A stretch of DNA of 56,021 nucleotides, the filler included, from Bipalium vagum (lineage: Eukaryota): the NCBI GenBank assembly GCA_037834085.1. It is 3 parts of 3 records of this genome, joined end to end, with 100 filler letters (N's around TTAATTAATTAA, not from the genome) between each part and the next. Parts side by side here need not be neighbours in the genome. Positions count along the whole stretch, not along the records: positions 18,748 to 40,079 come from JBBMKC010238770.1; positions 40,180 to 56,021 come from JBBMKC010142974.1; 1 more part is not named here. One strand, written 5' to 3'. The number at the start of each line of letters is the position of its first letter. Position 1 is the first letter of the stretch. The notes under the pieces are model-generated. The model saw only the letters and a list, made by a program, of their open reading frames with translations. It did not search any database and was not told the origin of the DNA. Shown one piece after another: positions 38,086-51,254 of the stretch. The translations under genes were made by a program, and so were the position numbers.

Positions 38086-39735
38086 CAGTCTGTTAAGAAA
38101 AAATTATACACAATGCCGTTTTTCATGAAATTGGGAATAATATTTTCTTTTCATATTCTGTTTTATATTCTATTTAATGAATGTATCAGGTTGTTCGGAA
38201 ATAAATTAGCGTTTTTTCAAATGAAAAAAGAAAATAAAATAATTTTTGATTTAAGACATTTATTTATTAAAAATAATTTCCGTTACATTTAATACATTGT
38301 TCCCAACGTGATTGAAGACTTAATATTCCTTTTTCTTAGAAATCATATTTACGAGACACGACGAATTTTTCAAATACCTGTTTTACGGTGTCGTAACTAA
38401 TGAAAACCTTTCGAGACAGCAGTAAAACAAATTAATATAGAATACGAATCCTTATCATCTAAGCATCAATTTGGAATATCATATGATGCCATTCTTACGT
38501 ATTTTATATACAATAAAATCATAGAAAGTTGCCTTATATAAAACGCTAATTTATTTCCGAACAACCTAATAATTATGATTTTAGACTCCTAAAAGACTGT
38601 TTATTTTTACAAAGAAGAGCAAACATTTAACAGAATTTATGAAAAGAAGGATGATTAAATTAAGAAAAGAAGGATGTTCTTTGCGGGATACTGCCAGAAA
38701 ATTCAATGTTAGCCATATAAAGTTCAAAAAGTTCGACCCTAGGTTGCTACAAATGAAGGTGTATCCAGAAAACAAGGTTTGGAAAGAAAGTAAACCAGGC
38801 AGGATGGAATGTGAGATGCATAAAACGTATATGCAAGGCAGATTGATACCTTTCCAGTAGAAAACTGCCTAAAAATCTGCAAGATGAGCACAATATTAAC
38901 ATTTTTCATGTAAAAATTTTAAGGGAATTAAAATTTATTGGCTTAAAGAACCGAAAACCGTTAAAGAAGCCATTATTGACCAAGGCACATAAGAGGCTCA
39001 AATAAACTTTTGTCTCAAATATCAACACTACAAGGAGAATCAGTGGTGTAACGTAATCTTTTCTGGTGAAAAAAATTTTTAATTTATGGACATGACAATT
39101 TTGTTCAATGGATGGAAGACAGAGAAAAATTGTTGAACTGTTATGTGAAACAAAATGAAAATTTTTCGCCGGGGTCAATGTTTTTGACATGTTTATTTGG
39201 AAGAGAACCAGGTCGTGTAAATCATATTGAAAATACTATGCATTCTGAAACGTACATTAGCATTCTAAGAACAAAATTAATTTCAAACATCCACGATCTT
39301 TTCCCCAATTTTACTGAAACAATTTTTTTACGAGACAATGCTATTTGACTTTTCAAGAATCACATCACATCCTCCAAAATCACTGGAATTGAATCCGATA
39401 GAAAACAAGTGGCACATCGTACAAAACCACATGCTTCACAAGAATACTGAAGATAAAAAGAACTGAGCGTTTTTCACTCCTGGACCCAAGAAATTACATC
39501 TGATGTATGTGAAAGACTTCTTCTATGCCAAGTCTCATCCAGGCAGTACTAGCTGCAAAAGGTGGAAATACTAAATACTAATGCTTAAATGGTTTATAAT
39601 ATTATTACTGTATATTTCATTCCATTGTATTGATGTCTTTTAAATAAAATATTTTGATGAATGTGTCATATTATGATGAATTTTAGGTCATTCTGGACAA
39701 GTATCGCGGTGTAGACTTTTATTTTTAACATGCTG
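38086..39735 (+). mobile_element. Tc1-family (DD34E) element, inactive, with a nested MITE
   Basis: TA-flanked TIRs CAGTCTGTTAAGAAAAAATTATACAC / GTGTAGACTTTTATTTTTAACATGCTG. Motifs GCSLRDTARKFNVS, IFSGEK, FLRDNA, LNPIENKW and AAKGGNTKY*. Confidence 0.9.
38186..38569. mobile_element. Mariner-derived MITE (384 bp)
   Basis: Near-perfect 29-bp TIRs TCAGGTTGTTCGGAAATAAATTAGCGTTT / AAACGCTAATTTATTTCCGAACAACCTAA, with TA on both sides. Confidence 0.92.
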
Positions 39736-39737
39736 TA

Positions 39738-40000
39738 CTATCTTTATACGTGTTTCTATCTTTTCATTTATATCTTCTTCAGTCAATTTAATTATTCTTC
39801 TCCAGTATCTTCAAATGGATCATAATTATTTTTAAAAAAATTTAAAAAATTAAAAATAAATTAAAGTAACATTAAAAATGATTTTTTAACATTTTTTGTT
39901 AAAAAATTTATTTTTTAAAATATTAATAAAAGAAAACATTAATCATCCATTGATTTCTACTTTCTCAATTTTGTGAATTAACTTCTGATTTCAGTTTTAT
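39738..40000 (-). mobile_element. Penelope-like retroelement fragment (continues at about 38025-38085 across the Tc1)
   Basis: Homologous to 53430-53800. Reads KLTEEDINEKIETRIK. Confidence 0.55.
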
Positions 40001-40079
40001 CATTACTATAGTCCTTTTCAAATTTATTGAACACTTTACATTTGACTTATAAAAAAGTTACATATAATACCAAATATTA

Positions 40080-40179
40080 NNNNNNNNNNNNNNNNNNNNN
40101 NNNNNNNNNNNNNNNNNNNNNNNTTAATTAATTAANNNNNNNNNNNNNNNNNNNNNNNNNNNNNNNNNNNNNNNNNNNN
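40080..40179. other. Artificial spacer: 44 N + TTAATTAATTAA + 44 N
   Basis: Same structure as 18648-18747. Confidence 0.9.
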
Positions 40180-41190
40180 ACCAACATTTATTTAAAATAT
40201 TTATTTAAAAATTTAAAAAACGTAACATTATAATTTTTAAAAACTTTAAATTAAAACCATTAATAATTGTTAATCTAGGCGTGAGGTCCTTATTTATAAA
40301 AATTGAAAAGCTGATTGTTCAAATCACTCCTTATATACCCCCTCTCAAAAATTTCTTCAAAAAACTTCTCAACGATCCTCTCCAGAATTCTTCCATCTGC
40401 GTGTTCTATCAAATACTGTCTTCCATGTATCTTTCTTTGGATTAGATATGGAACTTCGTATCTTTGCTGGTCCTTGTTCCTCGTTTCCACTTTGATCAGG
40501 ACTTCTTAACCAACCTCAAAATTCCATTTCGTCATCGATTACACTTCCGTTCTATCCACCTTCTCTCTCGACGGATACCATCTTTCTCGGTCTATGCGCC
40601 TGCCAAAAATAATTTCTGTGCGGCTCCTTCCTGTTGTCTTCAGCGTTGTTGCATTCAATGAAAACTCGACCTCTGGCAATATTTCGTCCCAATCCTTCTT
40701 TCCTTGCTCCGCTCTAGCTGCATTCAGTCTCTCCCTAATAGTTCTAAATTGTCGTTCGATCTGGCCATTAGTGTTATGGTGTTATGAGCTTGAGAACCGC
40801 AGTTCTGAATTTATACTGTTCACAAACGCTGCCATCTTCTTTGACTCAAATGTTTTTGCGCAATTCACATTGATAGTCTTGGGACTACCAAACTTGAAAA
40901 CCCAACCTTTTTTATAGCTCTATAATTGTCTCTTCTCCTGCCTTGCTACCGCAATTAAACAGATGTATTTACTGTACTGATCTATTATGCCTAGGATGTA
41001 CTTTTTCTTTCTCCTGGTTTCCGTTAACATACCGCAGATATCGACATAAATGTTCTCAAACATTTAAGCTGCTTCCAATTTCACTGTGGCCTCTTTTGTA
41101 CATTATTAATTCTTCCCAGTCGTCAATGTCATTTTTTCTTTCTCGAACAATAGACGGATTCTAGGTTCAAATCCGCTTGAGTCTCGGAAT
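40180..41190 (-). mobile_element. Ty3/gypsy relic: gag-like remnant, integrase core, PPT and partial 3' LTR
   Basis: FSSS*HHNTNGQIERQFRTIR and ILPEVEFSLNATTLKTTGRSRTEIIFGR (integrase). Polypurine tract GAGAGGGGG (40338-40346) abuts the LTR start. Confidence 0.8.
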
Positions 41191-41723
41191 TAAGGAAATC
41201 TTAGAATTATCAGAACTCAAAGAGAAATAGAAAAAAAAAGAAATTAATGGACAGTTTTTTCCACAAATTAGCCGCGGACGACAACTGATCTAAAATCTCA
41301 ATAGAGATTAGTAAATGTGACGTTTTACTAATTTTCAATTTGTAAACAACTTCTGGGGACAGTAAGGTTTCCTTTGAATCACAGTCAGTGATTCGAAAGA
41401 AGTAAAAGATAATCACTTCATCTCAAACAAGAAAAGAAATGAACAAGCAAAATAGTTCAGAAAACATTTTTTCTGGTATTTTAAAATAAAACAATCAATA
41501 ATTAAGGAAAGCATAATATCACCTTTAATTTCAGGTGTCTATTTCAATTATTTATAAAACTTCAGAAATTTTAATAAATGTTTTTTATAAGCTTTAATTA
41601 ATATTACATTTGTTTTAATATTCCATTCATATAGAAACTTATCAATAAATTTTTAAATTCTAATTAAATCAAATTGATATTAATACCAATTAGTCAATCT
41701 TATACTTCATTCCCTTTCATAAT

Positions 41724-44700
41724 ATGGACAGCCAAAATATAACTAATGGAGAAAACGACATTAAAACCCTTTCGGAGAAGCTTAAGTTTACGGAAAACAA
41801 ACTTAATTCCGTGATTGACTTAGTTTATAAGTTTGAGATAATAATGAAATGAATAATGATGACAATTTTTACTTTATTATAAAGGACATTCAGTGGAGAT
41901 GAATCAGCCGCTCGGGAATTGTCCAACATCGTTGGTAAAACCTTAGCTTAATAGACCTCAACCAATCTATATTGACATTTGTTTCAGGATTGCCACCGCC
42001 AATTTTATATTGCGATGAAAACTTGCAGTCCAAGTCAAAGCTATATGTAAGACATTGACAGATAACGTATGTGAAAATGAGGTTTAGGAAAAGTCGCCTT
42101 TGTCTTATAACGAAACAAATAAGCGCATTAGCAACCGACTGGAATTTCTCAACAAAGTCATGGACGATCACGACAAAATGATGGCCAATTCCAACACCAG
42201 ACCGCCTTACAAAACTCGGGTACATTTTGTCTTTGTCATTTGTCACTTTTTTTAATTGTTTTACAATAAATCGATATATTGTGAATTTTTTATTTAAATA
42301 ATGATTTCATAAGTGATCAGTAACAGAATCAATAATGATTTTCTCAAACTTATAATTTGTTTTAATTTTTGTTTTTTTTAATGTTTTTTAAAAGTTGTAT
42401 TTTTTATTATTATTATTTATATTATCATTTAATATTATTATTTATTTATTATTATTATTTTGCTTTTATTTTTCTTAAAATATTGTAATACTTTCCGAAG
42501 CTTTCATTGTGACTTATGTACTGTATATCATTTGTAAAAATATTAATACATTTATATATATAAGTAATTTATATAAGTAAATTTGAAAAAGCATATTTGT
42601 AAAAACAGGAACAGGTATGGAAACAAAATCAAATGTTGATAAACACGATTATAACTTTCAGATATTAATTAGAATGATTCATGAATGATTTACAGAAATT
42701 CATTTTGATCGAGAAACGCAATATGAGTCTAAAACGTTTCAATGGTTTTTGAACTAAATCTAATCAAATCAATTTTTAAAATCCTGTAAACTACGTATGC
42801 GTGTAAAAGCAAAAGCGGTTCCATTTAGAATAGTGATTATTACTATTATTATGCTTTTTGGATTTGCATAATGAAATTCTTGTTCATTACCTTGAAGAAA
42901 AATGGACAATATTATGTTGCACTATTGATCCTCTTGAATGTAGGTATTTGAATAGATAACGGCATAGATAAACACTATTCATATGGAACTTATTCTTCAG
43001 ATTTAGTTCCGCCTGTTGATTTTTATATTTGTAGTCTAAAAATAAAATAAAATTTCTTATAAAAAATATAATAATAAAATTAAATAATATTAAATAGAAC
43101 ACAAAAGGAAAACAAACTCGAGAAATAATTCATAAGAACCATTTTGAAGATTTTGTTAATTAATTAATTAACCTATTTTTCTGAATATATATTTTCTCCA
43201 GTTTTAGCTTTATATAAGATGATTTGAGAAGCCGCAGCAAAAAAAATTATGAAAATTATAATTATAAAGTATTATAAAACTAATCAGCTCTCAATAATCA
43301 ATAAATGATCACAAGTAAATGTATTTATAAATTAATATTTAAATGTAAAGTCGCAAAACCATGTGGTGTCGTCACACTGATATTTCGATCGAGCTCATTT
43401 ACCAATGATCGCAATCTGCGGTTCAACTCTTCAATTTATGAATAATTAAGAAACTATTTTAAAGTGATTTGCAAAAGGAAATATACTTTTACGTGTTTTA
43501 AATTTATAAGACTAAATTGATTAATTTTTTTTATTTTATGAGGATCGAAATATTTAAACCTCTGATAAGAAAAATCAATCATTTAATTGAAGAGTTCTTG
43601 AACTCGTTTTCTGTTCACCTTTGGAATTTAAAAAACGAATATTTTATTCGAATTCCAAGAAAGTAAAACCAGAACCAAATTTGAGATGTTTCCTGGTCGA
43701 AAATTGCTGAGTATACACAAATTAGCTGAGAATCGAATGAATTGCTTCTTATCAGGAAGCTGTAGAGCCATCAATCGTTCTGAGCTTCAATGCCTGCAAT
43801 AAATGAATCAGTTGTCCTTAAGTTATCTTTATAATAAAACCTCAGAAAAATCTTTGTGGGAATATCGTGATTTACAGTTCCAATCAATAGGTTTTTTTCT
43901 AAAAAGTTACTTTCCTTGGAAATTCTGTTACATGTGTAAGGAATTAAATTTTGTGTCAAATTATTCTGAATACATAAAAATTAGGAACGATTAAGTTGGT
44001 TACTTGTTCCATTTCCAGATAATTAATTTTAAAATGTATCATTAATTGCACATTATCCGGAAGCCGAACAATATTCTTATGACTTTCCAGTGAAAGGTTC
44101 TTTTTATCTAATGTAAATATTATTTCCTTGTGGAAGGAGTTTAAAACTTGGCACACCTTCCCCTCAATAAAGACCATGGTTTTCTATAGATGAATATCAA
44201 TGTTCGTATTGGTCTTGAGAGCTTAATTTATTTTTTGAATGATTTTGTTTGTTAAGGATTTCGAAGTACAAATATTTTTATCAATGATTATCATTTTATA
44301 AACTGTTCTTCAGACTTTCTTAAGAAAAATTAATTTTAAAATAAAGCAAGTCAAAAAGCCACTCCCGGTTTCTTTGAATTTTGCAAATATCTTCTTCATT
44401 TTCCGCACTGTAGATCTTTTTTTCCATTTCAAGAGGTCAAAATGCCGTTTGACTACTGTGATGAGTCCATCTTAGCCATCAGTAAAACAATTACCGTTCT
44501 TTCTTAGATGGAGAACATTATAAAAAATTTGAATTTGTTATATATAATAAGTCAATAAAATCGATTTATTAAAACAATTAATAAATTAAAAAATTGGAAT
44601 TTACTCACATTAAATTGGGAAATTCTATTTCTTAGAAAAGTGCAAATTAAATATTTTTTGTTGAGCTCCAAAAGCAGATATACACACCAGACACAAACAC

Positions 44701-47700
44701 AAGAACTTACGTATTATTTCCATGCTTCTTGATTACATTATGAAGTTGATTTTTCAGGTGTTCGGAATATGTAGACAGATTCAATGTTATTATATTTTTG
44801 AAGAAATTTGACAGATATTCTGAGAGAGAATTAATATTCGTAAATTTTTTATTTCTCCTGTAAAATTTCATATTTCTGAGAAGAAACCTATCGAAAAAAT
44901 AAAAACCTGGAGAACAAAATTGTTGCCCTAGAATTTTAATTCCATGTTTGTCACAGAAGATCCATATCTTGACATACATGAGTTATGCTTGAGGTCCAAC
45001 TCTTTTGAAATCCAATATTGTTTGAAGATAAATCCACATAACGTTCAGAATTAATAAATTGGTTACGCTTTTAAACTTGAAAACGGTAATCACATCTTAA
45101 GAAAATAATTTCATGAAATTATTGTCTGATATTGTTGGTCGGTCACCATCTGCTGCCACACATTAGGAATTATCCTGTGTATAACATAGGGAATCACTAC
45201 ACATCCATTTTTCATTAACGACCACAGTATGAATAATTTTCAAAAGTGCTGTTTTCTCGAAAAACCTCTCACACGTTAGAGCGTCATTATGTTTGTTATT
45301 CGAAATGAAGTTGTAAAGCTAGCGCTCAGCACATGTCTAATCAATTTAAGAAATCTTCAAAAAATCTTAAATTTATTTTGATGGTTACCTTCAATTCAGA
45401 ATAGTCGAGTGAGATCAGCGGACAGAGTACCCTTGAAAGCCGATCTCACGGGTTATCCGTCATATGCGCGGAGTTTGGTAAGAAAATTATGTCCTTGGAA
45501 TTATAATCTTTACTAACGATAACGTTATTTTAGTTTTACACTGTGAGAAAAAATCTTTCGGTAAACCTTAATAATTTCATTTGTAATTTACCAATTAACG
45601 AAATAATTCAATAAATTGCCAAAAAAATCAATTTCCAAGTGACGTAAAAGGTTACATGGTCACCTGGCATTATTTTTCGCATATTGATATTTTTAATATT
45701 GATTTTTTTCATATTTTCTGATTTCAAATTTTAAAATGTAACTATATTTGAATTGTTACTACCATGTGTACCGCAAGGATATGTTACAAATTTATTAAAA
45801 TTTTAAACTTTTTGTTAAATTTAATATGGAATAGAAATACTATTTTGTTTAAATATTATGTTACCTTTTATTTGCTGTTAAAAAATTCCTTGGTGACCAG
45901 AAAACAATTAAAGAGGTTTTTTGTAAGACTAACAGTCACTAAGTTAACAATCACAATTTTACTCCATTCGACTTCGTTTACAATGGCTGTCCTTTTTAAG
46001 TTTGGTTTTTATTTTCTATCAGGTTGTCTCACGTAAGAGTGCCGATTTTAAAAATGTAACTAAATCGAAAAGACCTTTGAAATAAATTTTATTCATCAAA
46101 ATATTTAATATCGTTCTAAATACACTTCTGCCATGGTGATAATAAATCACAAATTCTCATTTCATAGAAAGCAGCATTTCTGGACTCAAAAACTGAAGAA
46201 TATCACCTTGGTTCCAAAACATCTCACTGTTTAGAAAAGTATCCATATATTTGAATATATGATAATTTGATGCCGAGAGGTTCGGTGAATAAGCTGGATG
46301 ATCTAAAACTTCGTGGTTCAAATCATAAATTTTGTGCTATTAATCTCGAACCACGTGGGGTTGCATTATTGTAAATCAAAATATATTCCTTAAAAAATTC
46401 AACTGCAGTGATTATAAACTTTGGGTCAAGGAGTTTCTTAGGGCACATATTTCAGTTTTCCATCATCAAACAATTTTTTTTGGTCATCTTCGATGATTGT
46501 TATATAAGACCAGCTTATCGTCATTGGTTAAAATTCGAGAGAAAAGTAGATAATTTTTGTTCCGAATAATCAAAGAAGGAAAACTTTAGAATCCCCTGTT
46601 TTCTGCTAATCATTTAATTATTGTGGTATCCAGTTATTGTGTTAGAATGACTTAGAGACACCCAATTCTTTAGTTAGTTCAATTTTCCGATTAATAATAT
46701 TCCGTTTTCTTTTCTTTTTTGTAAGCTTATTACTAAAACTAAGTAAGTAAGTTCCGCACCAACAATCGTGTTTCCTCTATTTTATGTCAGATACAAAATA
46801 TAAATAAATAAATATTTATATGTTGCACAAATTTCATTTTCAGTTTCCATATCACGTTATGTGTTTATCGCACCACGTACGACATTGTGCATAAAAATAA
46901 TATTTTTGGTATATCGAAACACACTGCGTTTGATTTCTTCACTTTTAATTAATTTGTTCAATTTTTAACAATACAATTGTTTTAACAATGCACGGCACTG
47001 ATCTTTGATTGAAGCCAGGTCTGATGTTAATTGGTAAAGCTAGCTATAACTCTAAAAGGTATCTTCTATATATATATGTATCATTATTAATGTTTATTAA
47101 CGGAATTCAGCAGGGTAAAACTAACACTATTAACTGTTTATAATTAATACACACGTAGATGACGTAGGCTACATTGCATGTTTGTTTTAATTTCTATTAA
47201 ACGATATTTTTTATGTGCAACGACGGTCACCGTTGAATGATTTCAAGTGTCGTAGATTATTTATTTTTACAAAAAAAGTTTTTATTTTTCCTTTGGATTT
47301 CTTGATCTTTTTATTTATTTTTTATTGAGTCATTAAATAATATTTTAAAAAATAAATAATAAAAATAAGTAATAATAATAATAATAAAAATAATGATAAT
47401 TATAAATAATATTATAGTAAAAAAAATAATGATAATTATAAATAATAATAATAATAATAAAAAATAATGATAATTATAAATAATAAATATTAAAAATATA
47501 AATATAAAATAAATTGAGAAGGTTTAAGGAATCCTAATCATATTTTGAAAATTGTTTAAATTCATACAATAATTATTTTAAAATTATTTTTGTTAACATT
47601 TTTGAACGAAAATTTTGGGGGTTTGCATAATGGGAATATTTTTAAAAATATTTACGAGAATATGAAAAAAATATTATAGAAAATTATAATAATCTTAAAA

Positions 47701-50700
47701 AATAATTTAATAAAAATAATATAATAATAAATAATAAATATTAAAAAAACTTTTTAAAAGATTTTGGAGAATGAATTAAACAATAATTTTTTGTTTGAAT
47801 TTTCATAATTAAAATAGTTTTAACAATGAATTTTGTCCAATTACAGTAATTATAAATTATAATTGTAATTGAGAATAAATCATTATCATTGTCGATTTAT
47901 TTCTGCTATCACAAATCAGAATATTCAGACATTTTTTAAAATGTTTTTATTATTCAATAAAATGATAATAATAATACTCTTTTTAAAACCTTTACATTAT
48001 AATTTAAAGTATATATTTGAAATTAAAAATGTATTTGACTGTATTACACTTCGAATTTTCATTTTTTAATATATTAAGAGTCCAAGTACGTTATAATAAC
48101 ATTTTTCATACTATTCTCGACAGTAATCATTCTTATTTTAACATTAGACTGAAAATACTAGTACAAATTTGGATCCTGTTCAGAAGCACCGACTACCTTC
48201 TGCAAATAAACCTTTTTTAAATAAGACTATTAAAAGTCGCAGCGGATCAGTCCAAAGTAAATCAAGTGATAGTAATAAAAAAAATGATGGCTTACCAAAT
48301 CCGTCAACCAGACGCTCTCTTAAATCACAATTTTACTCCGCAAAACCTAGTACTCCATTCAATGGTAATAATAATTAATAATAATACTACTACTACTAAT
48401 AATAATGATATTCTTAAAAAGTAATTATGAAAGGGTTATAATAATAATAATAATATAAAATAATATTTTTTCAACAAATTTTCTTCATAATAAAAGGAAT
48501 TTTAGATTATAGTGCGTCATTAATTACAGCAAATAACTTTACATTAATACAGGGTTTGATAGGTCATGTTTAAATTTAAGCAACCAATTTATAAATATTT
48601 AAAATAAAAAGCGAAGTATATCAAGTATAAACTATTTTTTATTGACATGACAATTGTATCATTTCTTACAGATGACAGCTCCAATAGAAACTAGGAAATT
48701 AATCGTTTTATCATCTTTGAATTGCCACACAAAAATAATTAAAATCGAATTTTAAAGTTTCAAATCACAGGCTAATGTTTCTTCCATCTTATTTCGCCTT
48801 CTTAAAATCCTCTGAAAACCTCTTTCTTAAATCGAAGAATGTTCTGGTTTTCAAAACACCGAACCGGAATTGGTAAATCTGGCTGCTACTTAATTACAAT
48901 TCAGAACTGCATAGAATTCTTTAGGAAAATGTTTTGATTCCTTCCAAAACGCCTAAATAAAGTTGAAATTATCAATGGTTGCTGTGATTGTTATGTTGTT
49001 AGGAATACACGGAATCAATTTTTTCTAACTGCAATGAACAAATCAATAATATGCTTTAAAAATAAATATTTTAAAATGAAATGACATCATTTAAAAATGA
49101 TTTGTCATCTCTTATCAAGATACCAGCACATTTTTCGTTGTTAATCTTCTTATCCTTTGAAACAACCTCTTGATGTATGAAATCTTTGAAACTGAAATAA
49201 AAGCTTTCCATATTGACTGTTTTGAAGGCGTGTTTTTTCCGTTAATCTTCTAAAGATTTATTTTAGAGTTTTATTTTTCTGAGATTTTCAGACACCGTAT
49301 TTTTTCTTCACATTGCTTGGTCTCTGGAAGTCCTTCATGAATACTGCGACTTTCATGCTGAAATATTAAATACCACTTAAATACTTTTTCGGCTTTTAAC
49401 ACATTTTTACGATAATCAGTTAAATTTTTCGCTGAAATTTTTACCAAACTTCAAAAGAAAGCTTGACATTTCCTCGTTTTTCAAAGTCTTAAAGATCAGG
49501 TTATCAAATATGACATTTGTAAAATCAAATGTTGTGATCGATATGGTCTTAAGGAATCACACCAAGAATACATCGCAAAACACTGAAAAACAGTTTCTTT
49601 TGATGAATGTGTGCTTTATCATCTTTGTCCAACATTTTACCATTTTTATTTAAACTAAAGGATTTAACATTGTTTGTTTGATGACACCGAACTTAACCAA
49701 CAATGTATCTGTACCTCGAGAGATGTTAGCTTCTACAGTAATCTTAAACTACTGACCTTTGATTTTTGGATATTTTCCACATAACCTCCCATTTTCCATC
49801 GTGACAATTTTTGAGTATTTGTCAACTAAAATAAAACTAAGAGGCAATAATAGAGTTTTTGTTAAAACCAATTTCAATTAGTTTTGTTTAAATTCATTAA
49901 CTTAGTTTTTATGTTAGTCGGAAATGTAAAATTACATAACAACAAGAGATCATTAGCTGGAAGCAGTATTATTTTAATTATTGTTATAAGCTTATCGACA
50001 ACATTGGCTATTGGAGCCTTCTCACAAGAAATTGTTTCATCGGTTTAAGGTTGTTAACTATACCATATAAGACAAAAAAAGAACAAGACAACCAAAGAGG
50101 TTTGAATTTGAAGACACAAGAACTAATTAAAAAATATTCCTGTAAAAAGTTTGAAGAATTAACACGAACATTCCATGCTGGCAAATATATTGTTGGCAAT
50201 CGCTTGATCTCAATGGGAAATCTAGAAAAGTTAAACTTTCTGAGGAACATTTTACTCGTTACTTTATATAATCTCAAAATCCATCCTGATGTATCCAAGG
50301 TTCATTTATCACAATCAATGCGAAAAATTTCTGCTGAAATATTATGGTGGTCGGAAAGTCTTTAGAGTATTTATTGGTAATTTTGTTTTGCTATTTTTTT
50401 GTTGCATTAACCAATTATTAGTAAGTGTTATCGTATATCAAATTAAAAGATTTTTTTACAAAATCAATTGTTACAATATTGATTCTAGATTTTTATTAAA
50501 ATATTTATATTTTTCATATGAGAAATGAAAACTAACAATTATGTAATTCGTGAACTTTTGTCGTACGAGTTTCAATTAGGCCAAAATGTTACAGAAGAAA
50601 TATCCGAAATATCTGCAAAGCAAATGCGATGGTGCTGCTAAGCGTGCAACAGCCTTTAACTGGTATTAAAAATTTAAAAATAGTCGATTTGATCTCGATG

Positions 50701-51254
50701 ATTAACCAAGTACCGGACGCTCGTTATATAATAATCCAGAGGTAATACGTCAAGCTGTTGAAACAAACCGCATTAAAAGTCAATAAATACTTTCATGAAA
50801 ACTAATTTTGTCCAAATCAACAGTCCATGATCATTTGCAAACGAAATAATAATAAAAAACAATGTTGGGAAATTTCTCATGAACAAATGTAAAAGGTTGA
50901 TTGATAAATAACGATTGATAAATAACGATTGATAAATAAACTGTTAAATATGACACAAAATATTTTTCAGATTTCAAATTCATGTCAGACAGTGAAGTAA
51001 ATGCACCAAAGCCACCGAGGCCTCACAGGCCTGTCTCTTCGATGTCACAGTGCTCAAATAGCTCAGAAAAAGGTCCATTGAAAATGAAAATCGTACCTGC
51101 ATTTCAGAATCCACTAAAGCAGAAATCTCCAGCAATAGAGCCCGAGAATAAGACGGAAGAATTAATCAAAGCCATGGAAAAACGATTTGCTTTGAGCACC
51201 ATTGATTTGCAAAGAAGACTGGGTATATGTAAAGCAGGAATGGTTGGACCTTGA
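41724..51254 (+). CDS. Orphan 7-exon gene, about 293 aa, Ser/Pro/Lys-rich, function unknown
   Basis: Phase-consistent GT-AG exons 41724-41785, 41885-41934, 41988-42046, 42088-42219, 45400-45477, 48148-48364 and 50971-51254 give one stop-free frame MDSQNITNGE...LPPPILY...NRLEFLNKV...FALSTIDLQRRLGICKAGMVGP*. Exons are GC-richer than background. The start is uncertain. Confidence 0.65.
43540..44520 (-). mobile_element. Tc1/mariner-superfamily relic (possibly DD37D/DD41D type), intronic
   Basis: STVRKMKKIFAKFKETGS (HTH), a 'DGSTA' remnant of QDGA.AH and a degenerate 'DFFLWG'-like region. Confidence 0.5.
44700..45330 (-). mobile_element. Mariner relic, intronic
   Basis: TVVVNEKWM (IVTGDEKW variant) and QFCSPGFYFFDRFLLR (PYSPD..P.DY.LF variant). 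Confidence 0.5.
46019..47050 (-). mobile_element. Mariner relic, intronic
   Basis: TA-TCAGGTTGTCTCACGTAAGAGTGCCG end; RILTNDDK and HPAYSPNLSASNYHIFK. The other end is unclear. Confidence 0.75.
47350..47500. repeat. AT-rich tandem repeat, three copies of a ~39-bp unit containing AAAAATAATGATAATTATAAATAAT
   Basis: Core repeated at about 47386, 47422 and 47460. Confidence 0.75.
48548..49880 (-). mobile_element. Probable hAT transposase relic, intronic
   Basis: ITATIDNF resembles 'VTDNA', and the C-terminal 'SIGAVICKK' resembles the hATC 'FS..G.I....R'. CAGGG end at about 48550. Very degenerate. Confidence 0.35.
50200..50365 (+). mobile_element. Gypsy integrase zinc-binding (H2C2) region remnant
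   Basis: LRNILLVTLYNLKIHPDVSK...MRK....WW resembles 'LH....HPG..K....R..YWW'. Confidence 0.35.
50525..50850 (+). mobile_element. Mariner 5' (HTH) fragment, intronic
   Basis: MKTNNYVIRELLSYEFQLGQNVTE and TAFNWY*KFKNSRFDLDD*PSTGR. Confidence 0.75.

Noticed and set aside
41890-42246. 118-aa minus-strand ORF
   Set aside because: It is the antisense shadow of three spliced plus-strand exons.
42700-42745. Hammerhead-like CATT-TTGATCGA...AAAACGTTTC-AATG
   Set aside because: Both conserved boxes are mutated; indistinguishable from chance in AT-rich DNA.
43375-43430. Hammerhead-like GATC..GATC-GAAA-TATC on the minus strand
   Set aside because: No acceptable CUGANGA box or stem I.
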